Shown: piece after piece, positions 52,286-64,000 of the stretch
How positions within the stretch are numbered: the first letter of the stretch is position 1
How the letters are laid out: each line of letters starts with the position of its first letter
Assembly: GCA_050575255.1 (NCBI GenBank)
Contig: JBNZDD010013625.1
Coordinates: 2,021,386 to 2,085,385 of the forward strand
Length of the DNA: 64,000 nt
Reading direction: 5' to 3'
Source: Harriotta raleighana
Lineage: Eukaryota
Made by a program: the position numbers and the translations under genes
Notes under the pieces: generated by a model
The model's input: only the letters and a program-made list of their open reading frames with translations
Databases searched by the model: none
What the model was told of the DNA's origin: nothing

Positions 52286-53524
52286 TTTGCCCATCATTTT
52301 CAAGCAAGGGCAATGAATAGAGAGATTTACTAAAATGGAGGAATCATGTGTGAGAGAATTGAATGCAATTCACCTGGAATGTAGCTCAATGGTTAGAGCA
52401 CTCGCCTCACAAGCCTCACTGACCAGGGCAAAACGTACCCAGTCCTACTGGGAATCTAACCCAGGCTTCTCACTTGCGAGGCGAGTGCTCTAACCTCTGA
52501 GCTACAGGACTTGGTACTGTATACAGGTTTACTGAATACTAAGGCAGGAGTACAAGAAATTTGAGACGTCGATAAGATGTGGAAAGCGCTATATAAATGT
52601 AAGGATTATTATAATTATTAATGTTCTGGATTATGGAGAGTAATATTAGAGAGGGGATAAACAACAGCTGGAACCAGAAGATACCAGAAGAGACATAGAG
52701 GCCATGATGGTGATCTAGTAACATTTTGCTGTGGGCAAGGATAAAATAGCAAATATAGAAAGCTTCAACCTTCTCTTGTCAATTTTCAGACTGACTCATA
52801 ACCGATAATAACTAATATGCTTGAAACTACTGTAATATGATGATACAGTATATCTTTCTAAAATGGGTTGGCAATCAATAAAATAAGTGACTAATCTTAT
52901 TCTTATAATACTCAAAAATGTCATTCAGTGCATTTTTGTGCAGTGCAGACGGTTAAAATTTTATGGCATGTGATATTATTGCTGGTCAAAATGATCACAG
53001 GGACCACAATTGCAGTAAAAAAAAACACAATTGCGATAAATAACAACAACCAGCTCAATGAACCCCTTTCGTAAGCCATTTTGCTTTGAAGTTGCGCACA
53101 ACTTGTGAGAAAAAAGGTGATCACAATTCGCACAAGGTTAGAGCCACCTAATAAGGCAGATGATTGCGAAGCATTTTGATGCCATATGATTCATTGAGAA
53201 AAGCAAGAGCTTGTTTGGGTTGATATAGTTAGCTAATATGGAAGATTATCAGAGATTGCATTTCGATTCTGGGCTTGGATTATGTACAACAATCTGAAAA
53301 TCCACGAGACTTTGGCAGTCTCTGGTAAAATGCTGCTTATTCACAGACATGCACACCGTCTTGCAGAGATTTGAATGTCACTGTGGTTTTACAGCTCCAT
53401 CTATTTAGGAGAGTGCATCGTCCATTACAGCACCCTTATCAACGTTGTCAATTTGGCAGCCAATTTTTTAGATGTCACACTTGTTGAAGACCATTTACAG
53501 ATGCAGAGAGTCCATATGCTTGAC

Positions 53525-53620
53525 CGTGTGTGTGTTGTATGTGCGTGTGTGTCTGGTGTGTGTGTGTGGGAGGGGGTGGGGGGGTGGTGCGGGTGAGGAG
53601 GCTGTGTTGGGGTGTGAGGG
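53525..53620 (+). repeat. (GT)n and G-rich low-complexity tract
   Basis: gtgtgtgtgttgtatgtgcgtgtgtg...gggagggggtgggggggtgg. Confidence 0.8.
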
Positions 53621-54689
53621 CCAATAGATCAAACAAACACTAGCACTGTGAGTAATTATAATGGTTGAATTCAAAGCTGAATTTTGTTTTAATCATTGAA
53701 CAACCCTTTCCCAGTTTAATGCATGAAACTGCTAAATGTTAATTTTTGACTTACATTTTTGTTCGGTTCAAATTGCTTTTCCAAGTGGATTTGATTGAAC
53801 AAAATTAGACAGGAATAAAAACACACTTTTCATTTACTTGGTGAAATTGTTTAATTTGATGAGATAAATGCTCTGATCAGTCTCTGTAGATGGGATTAAT
53901 CCAGATTGAAGGTATAGTAGAAATTTGATTATATGTACTAATTGGTACAGGCCCATTGCCAAAACAAACAGTACGGATAATTGTAAGACACAAGAAATAC
54001 AAATTGATTACATTGCTGACTTAAATAATTGTTTCCTCAGTATTTCTGTGTACTGTATTATCAGAGTATCAGTTCCTTCTGCTGCTCCCACTCTGCCTTT
54101 CCCTCATTCACTACGCCATTCTCTCTCCCTCTCTCTCTCTCTCTCTTTCACTACCTGTGAGTCTCTCCATGGACATCTATGTGTGTGTCTACATTATCAC
54201 TATTTACTGTACTGTAAGTATAAAATCTTACTTCTGCATTCAGCAATATGAATCCCAGTTTGATGCATGTGTGAAGTCGTGTACATGCGTTCAAGGTCAC
54301 TAAAGTTAGCATCTATAGGAACTTTGTTCACAGTCGAGCACAGCTGGATTTTGGAGGGGGGCTTTTTCATAGCCCTGTATCCACTTCCGCATTCGATGCA
54401 TATATATGGACATGTGGATTGAAAATCTTGTGGATAACCAGGGCTTTACTCCAGCTCCTGTTCCCTGTTCACCAGTGGTTTGAATTCAAGATCCTTGTCC
54501 TNGTACATGCGTTCAAGGTCACTAAAGTTAGCATCTATAGGAACTTTGTTCACAGTCGAGCACAGCTGGATTTTGGAGGGGGGCTTTTTCATAGCCCTGT
54601 ATCCACTTCCGCATTCGATGCATATATATGGACATGTGGATTGAAAATCTTGTGGATAACCAGGGCTTTACTCCAGCTCCTGTTCCCTG

Positions 54690-55275
54690 TTCACCAGTGG
54701 TTTGAATTCAAGATCCTTGTCCTCATGTTCAAATCCTACTATAGCCTTGCTCTCACCTACCACTCCATGCTTCTACACTCATACCTAGCCACTGCCCCTG
54801 CTCGGTCAACACTGGCTTGCCTAATGTTGACGATCTTTCAGCTATTCTGCCCATGATCTGGGAGTCCCTCCATCTCAACCCCTCCCTCCGCATCTCTTGG
54901 GCAAGAAAGCTTCTCAGAGCGTTTTTAGCACTGGTGGAGCTTGATGTTGAGCGAGCAAGGGGAGGAGGTGACCTCAGGCACCATCAAATAGGCAGGTTTC
55001 CAGGCACAATCTGAGGATGGGCGAGGCAGAGGGATTCAGGCAGAGACTTCCAGGGTAATAACAAACAAACTGCATTTTTAGTGCGTTTCACATTAGGAGG
55101 AGACCCAAGGCACAGGACAATTGTGGTTTGCATTCGGAATTGGGCATTAGATTTGAGTGGGGTGGGGGGCTTAGATGGGGTGGGGGTGGGAGGATAACTG
55201 AAGGCACGGACAAAAAAGAAAGTCTTGTGACAGACCTCGAAGAAGGCTGAGGTTGATGAGAGCCAAGGCTTGGGA
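54690..55275. mobile_element. Degenerate L2 fragments in both orientations
   Basis: FEFKILVLMFKSYYSLA on +, and an L2 tail on - at about 55060-55270. Confidence 0.6.
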
Positions 55276-55569
55276 ACCTCAGAGTATGAGTCTGTTTGGT
55301 AAGCTTTGTGTTAGCGTGGTTCAGTCAATAACACTCTTGACAACCCCGTATTTTGGGTGAGATGTTAAACCAAAGTCCCATCTGCCTATCCCAGTATTAA
55401 AGATCTTATAGCACTCTTCAAGATGCTGCATTCATCCACAAACATACAACAACAAAATTACATTGATAGAGCGCTTTTCACGCGGGGTGGAACGTCCAAT
55501 CCATAGCGATCAGCTAGGCTAATTATTCTCCCATCAGGTACTGCCCTGGAGTGTTGTAGATCCACCTTA

Positions 55570-55835
55570 TTAATAATAAATAATAATCCTTGCATTTGAT
55601 ATAGCACTTTTCAAATCTTATCGACATCTCAAAGCATGAATTGAGGGTGAAACGCAGCAGCCAATTGCACATAGCAATGTCCCACACACAGTAATGTTTT
55701 GAAATAACCAATTTATTAGATTTTTTTTCGAGGGATTATTATCAGGCATGTGGAGTAAGGAAACTTGCCCAAGGTTTTGCCCTGCCTGGAATAAAATCTT
55801 AGTATCTCACTTGCAAGGTGATTGCTCTAACCACT
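55570..55835 (-). mobile_element. tRNA-headed SINE
   Basis: Tail and head present, with an internal deletion. Confidence 0.8.
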
Positions 55836-57261
55836 CTACATCCTGGGAGCCAGATTAGCACTAGAGAAACACAACCACACTCTCTTGTTGTCGTTCCATG
55901 AGGACAGTCGCTAACTGGTCATTTAACATTTTACAAGTGAGGATTTCAGTGCTCACTATGTGGATGGCAGGAACTCCCTGTAAGCTTCCTGATGAGCAGC
56001 ACAGCTCAGCAATAAATTTGTGACACCATTGGGCCACTGTTGTCACTCACAGTTCGGGACCAAATCCCTACTCATTGCACAATGGTTCAAACCATTTGGG
56101 TATGTAAGACTGTTATAGTTATCTTGTCCAATTAGGAACAACAATTTGATTTATATAATGCTCTGTCACACAGAATAGCATCTCAGAGCACTTGAAGCTA
56201 GAGTTAGCTTTGACTTTATTAAATATTAATATATAAATATTTACAGGATTTGTTCTTTTTTGAAATTGATGTATCGTGCATATTGTTTAATCATACACAT
56301 TAATCACTGAAGCTTTACACCGCCAGAAAAACTGACAGCAGCTGAGGTCCTTTGATGAGAATCACAGGACTGATAAGGCATCCCTGATAAATAGAAGACA
56401 ATTTAAAAAAAAAACAATTTAAACTTCTGTTATCCATTTGGGGTAATTTAATTGTTTCAAGCTTCTTCTGCAAAGGAATTAAGTGACAACTGCTGTCTAG
56501 CCAACCAATTACTCTTTCTGTTTTGATGATGCAGTATAATGAGAAGCCAAAAGCCCAACAAATTCCCCAATTTAGTCAAACTAGTATTGCTGGAGTATTT
56601 TCCCCTCTTGAAAATATTGCTTACACAGAACAAGTTTCAGTTGCCTTGAAGACTTGAGTGTCATTTGAATGAGAGCTGCGTTTTTCTGTCATATGGTTGA
56701 TGGGGGTTAGGACGTTAATTTGTGCACTTAACACAATAAAAAGTATATCTCCTTTCTTCCCAACACATCCATATAGACAGGTATTGGATGCAGGGATTGT
56801 TTTCATTAGCTCCTTATAAACCTGAGGCCAAAGCCCAAAAAGGGTGTGAGGATCCTAGCAGGATAAGCAGTGGGGAATCTTGCCAGACTGTGCTTTCAAT
56901 CACAAGTTGTGCTGTTTTAGTTGGTTAATCTCCAACAGTATCCCAACGCACACTCTGGAGTCCCCCAAGCCATAGCTCTTGCCAACCTGTGTCTAATCGT
57001 CTCCGGGATTAGGTAAAAAAAAGAGTGCAACCATCTAGAGGGAAAGTTTGCATGCCATTCCAGACATAAGGAGGTAGAAGACATATATATATATGTGTGG
57101 AATTATGTTTGATTTGTATACTCTCAGTATGGTGAATGGATGTCATTCCACATGTTTCATCCATCAGGCTGACCAAAAATGTAATATACAGTACTCAGTT
57201 GTAGGGTGGATTTCTCTCTTGCTCCGCTTTGACTGAAATAAGAGTTATGTTTAATGGATGT

Positions 57262-57930
57262 ACAACAACAACAACAAAATTACATTCATAGAGCACCTTT
57301 CACATTGGGGGGACGTCCTAAGGTGCTGAACAGTTANGGATCGGGACCAGAGCGCCAGGGGGACGTTTGGGCCGAGGGAGGGCAGAGAGGTAAATCGTGG
57401 CTCAAGGCATGGTCAAAAAGGAGGAACTTGAGTCAGGCGATGTCGGGCAATGCTGCGGAGGTGATGGAAGGCAGAGCTGGTCATTGATATGGGGGAGAAA
57501 GGACAATTGAGGGTCGAACAAAACGTCCAGGTTCCTGGCTGGCTTGCTGAGTTGGAGTGTGCAGTCATGGATGCTGATGCTGCCAATGCCTGAGTTGCTG
57601 AGGTGCTGGCATGAGCCAATCAAGAGGATCTCGGTCTTTCTGATATTCAGCTGTAGAAAGTTGCCTCTCATCCAGGACTTGATGTCTGACAGGCATCAGA
57701 GTCTATCAGGATGTCAGTTGTCCTAGAATCGAGGGTTGAGTCAGAGATAGAATTGGGAGTCATCTGCTTACATGTGAAAGTTGACCCCACGTCTGCGGAT
57801 GATGGTACTACCAAGGAGGGAGCATGAAGAGATTGAAGAAGAGGGGACTGAGGACAGAGACTGTTGAACACTGCATGAGACTGTGTAGGGGCTGGAAGAG
57901 AACCTGGGTGGAAACAAATCGGTGACGGTG
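57262..57930 (-). mobile_element. L2 LINE fragment with internal deletion
   Basis: NFLQLNIRKTEILLIG...ARNLDVLFDPQLSF..HIN and FHHLRSIAR, joined directly to the 3' tail. Confidence 0.85.
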
Positions 57931-58537
57931 TGAGAGATAAGACCTAAACCATTCAGAGTCAGAACCTCGAAGGACTTCTGTGGATTGCTATATGTTTCCC
58001 TGAAAATCACGTGATACATTAGTAACATGAGACTTAGGGCTAAGCAGTGCCTTATCTATTCCTCTGCGTTGTGCATCAAGCTGTTGTTTGGTCAGTTTGT
58101 ATGTCTTGCTCCAGAACATGCACAACCTCTGTTAGAAACTAAAATGTGCATCGTGCACCTGTCTGAAAACACAGCACGCTGTCTTGCTTAATTTGTGCTC
58201 CTCCTTGTGGCCATCTTCAGGCTGTCAGACACCCGGTTATGGAGGGGTATGAAGCATAAGACAGGCTTCTATTTCGCTCCTCAGATGAATGTTTGTGTAG
58301 ATTTACACAAACTGCAAAACCCCAAATCAAACGACTGGGTCTGTGCCAGTGTTTATTCCACAAGTCTAAACCCAACTCCTGCCTCCCATACCCTCCGATT
58401 TCCCTTTCCCTCAATGCGCATATATAGCTTCTTCTGAAATGNTACTGCCTCCCATACCCTCCTATTTCCCTTTCCCTCAATGTGCATATATAGCTTCTTC
58501 TGAAATGTATCTACACAATCTGCTTCAAACAGCGCTT

Positions 58538-59162
58538 TAATAATAATAATCCTTGCATTTGATATAGTGCTTTTCACGTCTTCTAGAAGTCTCAAAGCAC
58601 TTCACAGAATATACTGTAAAGTGAATTGACTGTATATTTGTGGGTGAANGCCTCCCATACCCTCCGATTTCCCTTTCCCTCAATGCGCATATATAGCTTC
58701 TTCTGAAATGTATCTACACAATCTGCTTCAAACAGCGCTTTAATAATAATAATCCTTGCATTTGATATAGTGCTTTTCACGTCTTCTAGAAGTCTCAAAG
58801 CACTTCACAGAATATACTGTAAAGTGAATTGACTGTATATTTGTGGGTGAAATGCAGCAGCCAATTGTGTATAGCAGTGTCCCCAAACAGTCGTGGATTG
58901 AAATGACCAATTTCTTTACTGTTTTTTTGGGAGGGATTATTATTAGGTGTGTAAAATAAGGAAGCTTGCCCAAGGTTTNTAGCAGTGTCCCCAAACAGTC
59001 GTGGATTGAAATGACCAATTTCTTTCCTGTTTTTTGGGGAGGGATTATTATTAGGTGTGTAAAATAAGGAAGCTTGCCCAAGGTTTCGCCCTGACCTGCC
59101 TGGATTCGAACACAGGTCTCACGCTTGTAAGGTAAGTGCTCTAACCACTGAGCTACAGAAGC
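58538..59162 (-). mobile_element. tRNA-headed SINE, with parts duplicated at contig joins
   Basis: Head at 59100-59162. Tail and body are repeated across N 58649 and N 58979. Confidence 0.85.
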
Positions 59163-59853
59163 TGTGAGGTTACTCTCTCTCTCTCTCTCTCGTTGGTGTT
59201 CACTTTGCTTTGAGTCACGGGTTCCACAATCGCACTACCGTCTGCGCGATATAGTTCCTCCTAAATTCTCTTTTATATGTCCTAGCCGCGATCTGATCCA
59301 TTGATCAATGTTCGTACCTTTCCTGCCTATGAGGTGTGCTCTGGCAGGAAATCCATGCCCACAAAACGTTTCCGTTTTCTCAGTGTATTTTTGCGTTTTT
59401 TGCCGGAAGGAAGAAAAGGGTTGTTGGGACACACAGACGACTCCTTGATGAAGCTATCAGGCTTTTCACTCCAGGTAGAGACTGCCCTCGTGTGGTTGGT
59501 TATCAACGCAATCGACATGTGTTGCTTTAAGTGGATGGTGGCGGGCTTTTTGACACATTGAGCAAAGTGTTACTCACCATGTACATGTACAGTACTGTAT
59601 TTACCAATCTGAGAATGTGTGAGATATTAGATATTAGACAGCAATTGGAAGGTGCTGGTAAAATATGTTAGCGAATCAGCCAGCCATGAGGTGGCGAACG
59701 TAGGTTTAATTCCCATGTGTTTTTTTCACGAGGTTATACATTGATCGGAATGTTTGCACATTTTCTTCCTCTTTTTTTCCTCTCCTGCCTCGCACCCCCA
59801 CCACCCCCCCGCTCTCCTCCTCCCCACCCAAACCACCTCTTTTGCTAACCCAG

Positions 59854-60094
59854 GATCCTGGAACTCCTCCAAAGTGGGGAGATCGACCTTCTCAAGCACA
59901 AGTGGTGGCCGAGGACCACTCAGTGTGACATCTACTCCTCGTACAAAGCACAACAGAAGAGCAGCGCGCTCAATCTGGCCAGTTTCGCCGGCGTCTTCTG
60001 CATCCTGGCCGCCGGCATCATCCTGGCCTGCGTCATCGCCATCGTGGAAAACTGGTGGAACAGACGGAAAGGGTCCCGAGTCCCTTCCAAAGAG
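59854..60094 (+). CDS. GRID2: GluD2-like internal exon (end of S2, M4, proximal C-terminal tail; equivalent to exon 15)
   Basis: My translation (this frame is not in the ORF track): [80 protein letters not shown]. The [10 protein letters not shown] end is GluD2-like. Acceptor ctaacccag|G, donor GAG|gtaaca. 241 bp. Confidence 0.96.
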
Positions 60095-60221
60095 GTAACA
60101 CTCTCCATCCGGATCTTGCCTCACGAATAGGTTTTGGACGTATCTGACACTAGTCTGTTTTCGATAGACGAGAGAAGGTTAAGGTTAATGGCGGTGGGTG
60201 GGGGGAATGGGGTGGAGTGGG

Positions 60222-60480
60222 TGGGATTCAAAACTCTTAACTTGAGAGGATCTAGTGGTGAAAGATTATTTCCGCTGGTTGAGAACAAAAAATCAAATGA
60301 CAACAAAGGAAGAGTGAGCTCAGGATCTTTACTGGGTGAGTTTATAGGGGGAGGTTCAGAAACTCTACTACAGTTGGAGAGTCGAGGGTTGAACAGGAGA
60401 GCTGTCAGGGTGAGGAATGCTTTGCCACATGTGGTCTCTGAGGCTCTTAACATTTCACATGAGAGTTTGAAGAGAAACAA
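60222..60480 (+). mobile_element. Degenerate CR1 ORF2 C-terminus
   Basis: FKTL...ERLFPLVEN...RRAVRVRNALPHVVSEA resembles the CR1 motif FKI..LFPLV..RVVNLWNSLP.VVEA. Confidence 0.6.
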
Positions 60481-61599
60481 TGGGATGATAAAAATACAAC
60501 ACTTCTCACAGATTTCAGCCGGGGTTCATACTAGCCACATCAAATTTGTTTATAAAAGCATGGGATTTCAGTTAATAATTATTGACTGTTTTTCGTATTA
60601 ATGCCCTCCCTCCCTCTCTCCCTCCAGCATTTAGAGTGCTGCTTCACAGGATACTAGATGAGTTAAGACAGTACCCTTATTTCTGCCGCATCACAACTGA
60701 TTTGTGATCTGCAGGGTGGTCAGATTTGCGCCCAATCACTGTGTCAATGCTGGATAGAGCTGGTACCACACTGCTATATCACAGTCTATGGCCTAAAGAT
60801 TTCAATAAAGAGAACCCTCAAAGTATCTTCAACAGAAATGCCACAGCAACAGGGTATGGCCTCCAGCTGTGAAGAGGGAAAGTGAATAGACAGGTTAGAT
60901 TAATCGTGTTACACTGAGATTGGTGAATATATATGGGATGGGTTACCTAGGAAGATGATGGAGGCAAATCGGGGTCAACAAATTAAAGGGAATAAATAGC
61001 AATATTTATGTGAAGATATGTATTGAGACTTATAAGAACGGAGAAGAATAGGGTTTAATTTGTATTTTAGGACCAGTCAGATAAGCCCCCGATTGCTGTT
61101 TCCAATTCTTAATGCAATAGATGTTCAACATTTACAACAAACCAATGCAGATTAATTCTGATGCTCTTATTGCAGATTGATACCAATACATATTTAACGT
61201 GATTGAAACCGAACTGCCATTTTATAGAACACAGCGAAGTCTATTTTATTCGGGTTGCTAAATAGTAGCAATAAATTTGCTCGCCAATTAATCAATTAAA
61301 TAGCATTATGAAGTCATAGCAAACCCACTCCTCTTGTAGTGATAAAATAGCCCTCCAGAGAACGAGTCTCCTTAGGTTTAGTGGGTGGTAAAAAAAAGAT
61401 TTTTTGTCAACATTATCCAATCAACATTAGGCATGTATCAACGAGGTTAGTCAAGTATTGGTATATACCTCAAAAGTCTTAACTTATGCGTTGAAACAGG
61501 TTAGTTCCAACTATAAATATTTTGTACGTCCTTGGGGTGTGATCCATAGCTATTTCTAGCACAATTACTTGATACAAAAACTGGAGTCGTGTCAACCTA

Positions 61600-61850
61600 T
61601 TGATGAATCCTGTTAGAAGTTTCTGTGTAACAGACACTCACTTTGCACCAGTTTGGAACCCTAGTTTCAAACGAGACATTTGGAGATGGTTCAGCGAAGA
61701 GCAACAAAGATGATTCTGCAACCATTCAAACTATTAGGACAAGACAGGCTCAGAGAATTGACTTGCTCTCCCGTGATAAAAAACACTGAGGTGAAATATG
61801 ATCCATGCACTTAAAATAGTAAAAGATAATGTAGATGCAAGCACATTAAA
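61600..61850 (+). mobile_element. Degenerate CR1 ORF2 fragment
   Basis: cagtttggaaccctagtttcaaacgagacatttggagatggttcagcgaagagcaacaaagatgatt, roughly QFW.P...LEMVQRRATKMI. Confidence 0.7.
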
Positions 61851-62149
61851 TGGCTTAAATCTTTCTCTGCCCGTGCGCCCCCCCACCACCTCCCGCCATC
61901 CTAGCCACCTGTGTTAAGTGTTTGAGATGTCCTGCAATATTTATATAAGTGTTAATTGTATTGTGAATCATAAAGCTTGAAAATTTGAATACTATACCTT
62001 CACAACCCAATGTTTAATTTGGTTGGAGATTTGAAACCTTAAGACTGTTTCTCGTCACACACTTCTATTTGGACTCAGATGCCATTGGTAATACCTGCTG
62101 TATACATTTACCACAAGTTAAATATGTTGGGTAAATGATAAAACATGCA

Positions 62150-62388
62150 AAAATGCTAAATACTGCAGATGCTAGAAATCTGAAACAAAAACAGAAGTCG
62201 CGGGGAACACTCAGCAGATCAGGCAGCATCTATGGAGAAAGGAAAATGAATGAATGTTTTCGAGTCCACGACCCTTTGTCCACCTTCGTTTGGACAAAGG
62301 GTCGTGAAGCCGAAACGTCAAATCGCTTTTTCTTTCTCCATATATGCTGCCTGACCTGCTAAGTGTTCCTAGTGATTTCTGTTTTTGA
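62150..62388. mobile_element. Penelope-like terminal repeat palindrome (older, degenerate cores)
   Basis: ctcagcagatcaggcagcatctatggagaaagg...acgaccctttgtcca is mirrored by tggacaaagggtcgt...tttctccatatatgctgcctgacctgct. Confidence 0.7.
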
Positions 62389-62829
62389 TAAAGCATACAA
62401 TATTGCCTAAATTCTGTGTATAATATATGTATCACAAGACAAGCAACAAATACTATTTTTACTATGATGCAACGTAGGTAGAATTTAGCTCCACTTAATT
62501 GACTTTGAGACGTAATTGAAGACTGGAATTTCAGCAGTAGCACAAGTCTTGCCAACATTGCCAGCTTTTAACCAGTGATAGAGCGACAAATGTCACCATT
62601 GTGCTAAAACACCATTCTCAAAGAGTATCTGCATTCAACCAGCAAGACATGCCCAGTGACCCTACGCCCCAGACTTATACCCTGTTGGAATACATTTGTC
62701 TAGTTCCGCATTGACTTATGGCAGATGCTTAGCAAAAAACAAACGTCCTTAAGGAGATGGAGAGAAAGTAGCCAGGATCACATCACCTCGTACCCGATCC
62801 GATTAGAAAGCTAGGGTTCTTGGTCTTGA

Positions 62830-63160
62830 ATGGAGATGTTTCATCTCAAGGGATCTTTAAAGAGATAGACAGGTTTTTAAATGGGATTCAAAACATAAAC
62901 CCAGGCCAATACTTTGGATGCAACAAGACAGTAGGACAAAAGGAAACAGGTTTAGGGTTCTAAAGGGTAATTTCAGACACCGGCAAGTATTTATTTCCCC
63001 AGATGGTTAAGGTAGAGTGGCTGAGCCAAGGACATTAGACTCATTTTTAAAGAAAGCTTGATGCAGTGTTAGGAATTCAGTAGGTTCAATATTGTTGAAA
63101 GGGTGAGATCAGATGGGCTGAATGGCGTTATTTATCCAAACCTCTCTTTGTGATCTTAAT
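62830..63160 (+). mobile_element. Degenerate CR1 3' end
   Basis: KGNFRH, SFLKKLDA and gatcagatgggctgaatggc remnants. Confidence 0.55.
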
Positions 63161-63864
63161 GTTTGGCAGAACAACAACAAAATTACATTTGTATAGCACC
63201 TTTCACGTCAGGAGGACGTCCCAAGGAGGAGCAGAGCTGGAGTTGTATTTGTCAAATGAAAACAAACCCTCAATTCTCTGAGTTCCAATGACATTAATCT
63301 GATCTATAGAATATCAAATAAGGATATGCTACTATATATTAGTGTAGATTGATCGGACAACCTCTAGTCAAAAACAAAATCCCCATTTTGCTGAAGGCAT
63401 ATTCTGCCATGTTGCAGATCTCAGTGAAAAAAATCTCTTTCTTTGATGTTTAAATCGAAGCAAACCCTACCTTTTTGAGCAGTTGAGGCAATAGAAGTGT
63501 TCATTTGATAGTTCAAAACTATTTTTTTTATATAAAAAAAAGCATCTCACTTGTCCTCTGCCTTTGTACAGGAAAATGTGACCATATATTCTGCATGTAA
63601 CCTATTGTTTCACCCATGTAAGATGTGGGTTTATTCTCTGATTCAGAGTTTACATCCATAACTGGAATTACTTTTCTGTAGGCTAAAGTCAGTTGGCGAG
63701 AAAGAACTCAGTTGACAGCAGGCAATGCCGCATGTAACCATGACAACTCATACCACAGAGTGGCACTGTGCAAAGATCGAGCATCTTCACCCTGGCGTTC
63801 AGTGTCCGTGAGCGTTCTACTGTCACTAAGCAACTATGCTGCTACTTTACTGTGTCAGCTCTGC

Positions 63865-64000
63865 GCACACACACATCTCATACACAGCCATGCACACAGC
63901 AACACAGTGTACACAGAGATACTCACACGCACAGTCACATAAACACACCCACACACGCACGCGCACACAGAGTGACAGACTGACAAGCAGACACTCAAAC
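63865..64000 (+). repeat. Degenerate (CA)n tract
   Basis: cacacacacatctcatacacagcc...acacacgcacgcgcacacag. Confidence 0.8.

Noticed and set aside
54281-54723. 221-bp duplication giving a 145-aa ORF
   Set aside because: N at 54502. The ORF is an artefact running into L2 sequence.
58378-59080. Multiple repeated segments
   Set aside because: Ns at 58442, 58649 and 58979 mark overlapping contig ends.
59235-59432. Minus ORF with FCGHGFPARAHL, vaguely zinc-finger-like
   Set aside because: Lacks the first Cys and correctly spaced His pair; likely a chance match.
59726-60124. 132-aa minus ORF and 114-aa plus ORF
   Set aside because: Shadow frames of the GC-rich GRID2 exon.

Overview
Vertebrate genomic DNA, most likely a cartilaginous fish such as a chimaera; this is inferred from the repeat families and the single-N scaffold joins. 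The window lies inside one large + strand gene for a delta-type ionotropic glutamate receptor (GRID2/GluD2-like). Three coding exons are visible, at 3015-3210, 21710-21876 and 59854-60094 (196, 167 and 241 bp). They have canonical AG/GT ends, splice in frame, and encode the S2 ligand-binding lobe, M4 and the start of the cytoplasmic tail. Upstream exons and the last exon are outside the window. The introns are filled with retroelement debris: about 20 copies of a tRNA-headed SINE with an L2-type tail, older Deu-domain and AmnSINE2-like SINEs, L2, CR1 and RTE LINE fragments, and one Tigger-like non-autonomous DNA transposon. The most interesting signal is a four-copy family of Penelope-like terminal repeats carrying minimal hammerhead ribozyme motifs. 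One copy has an intact core antisense to the gene, and three are folded back into 200-240 bp palindromes. That element class is already known, and I see no firm evidence for a wholly new multi-gene system. Most ORFs in the supplied track are repeat-derived or spurious, and the duplications joined by a single N are probably assembly artefacts. Family names and reference comparisons are from memory, not database searches, and repeat boundaries are approximate.
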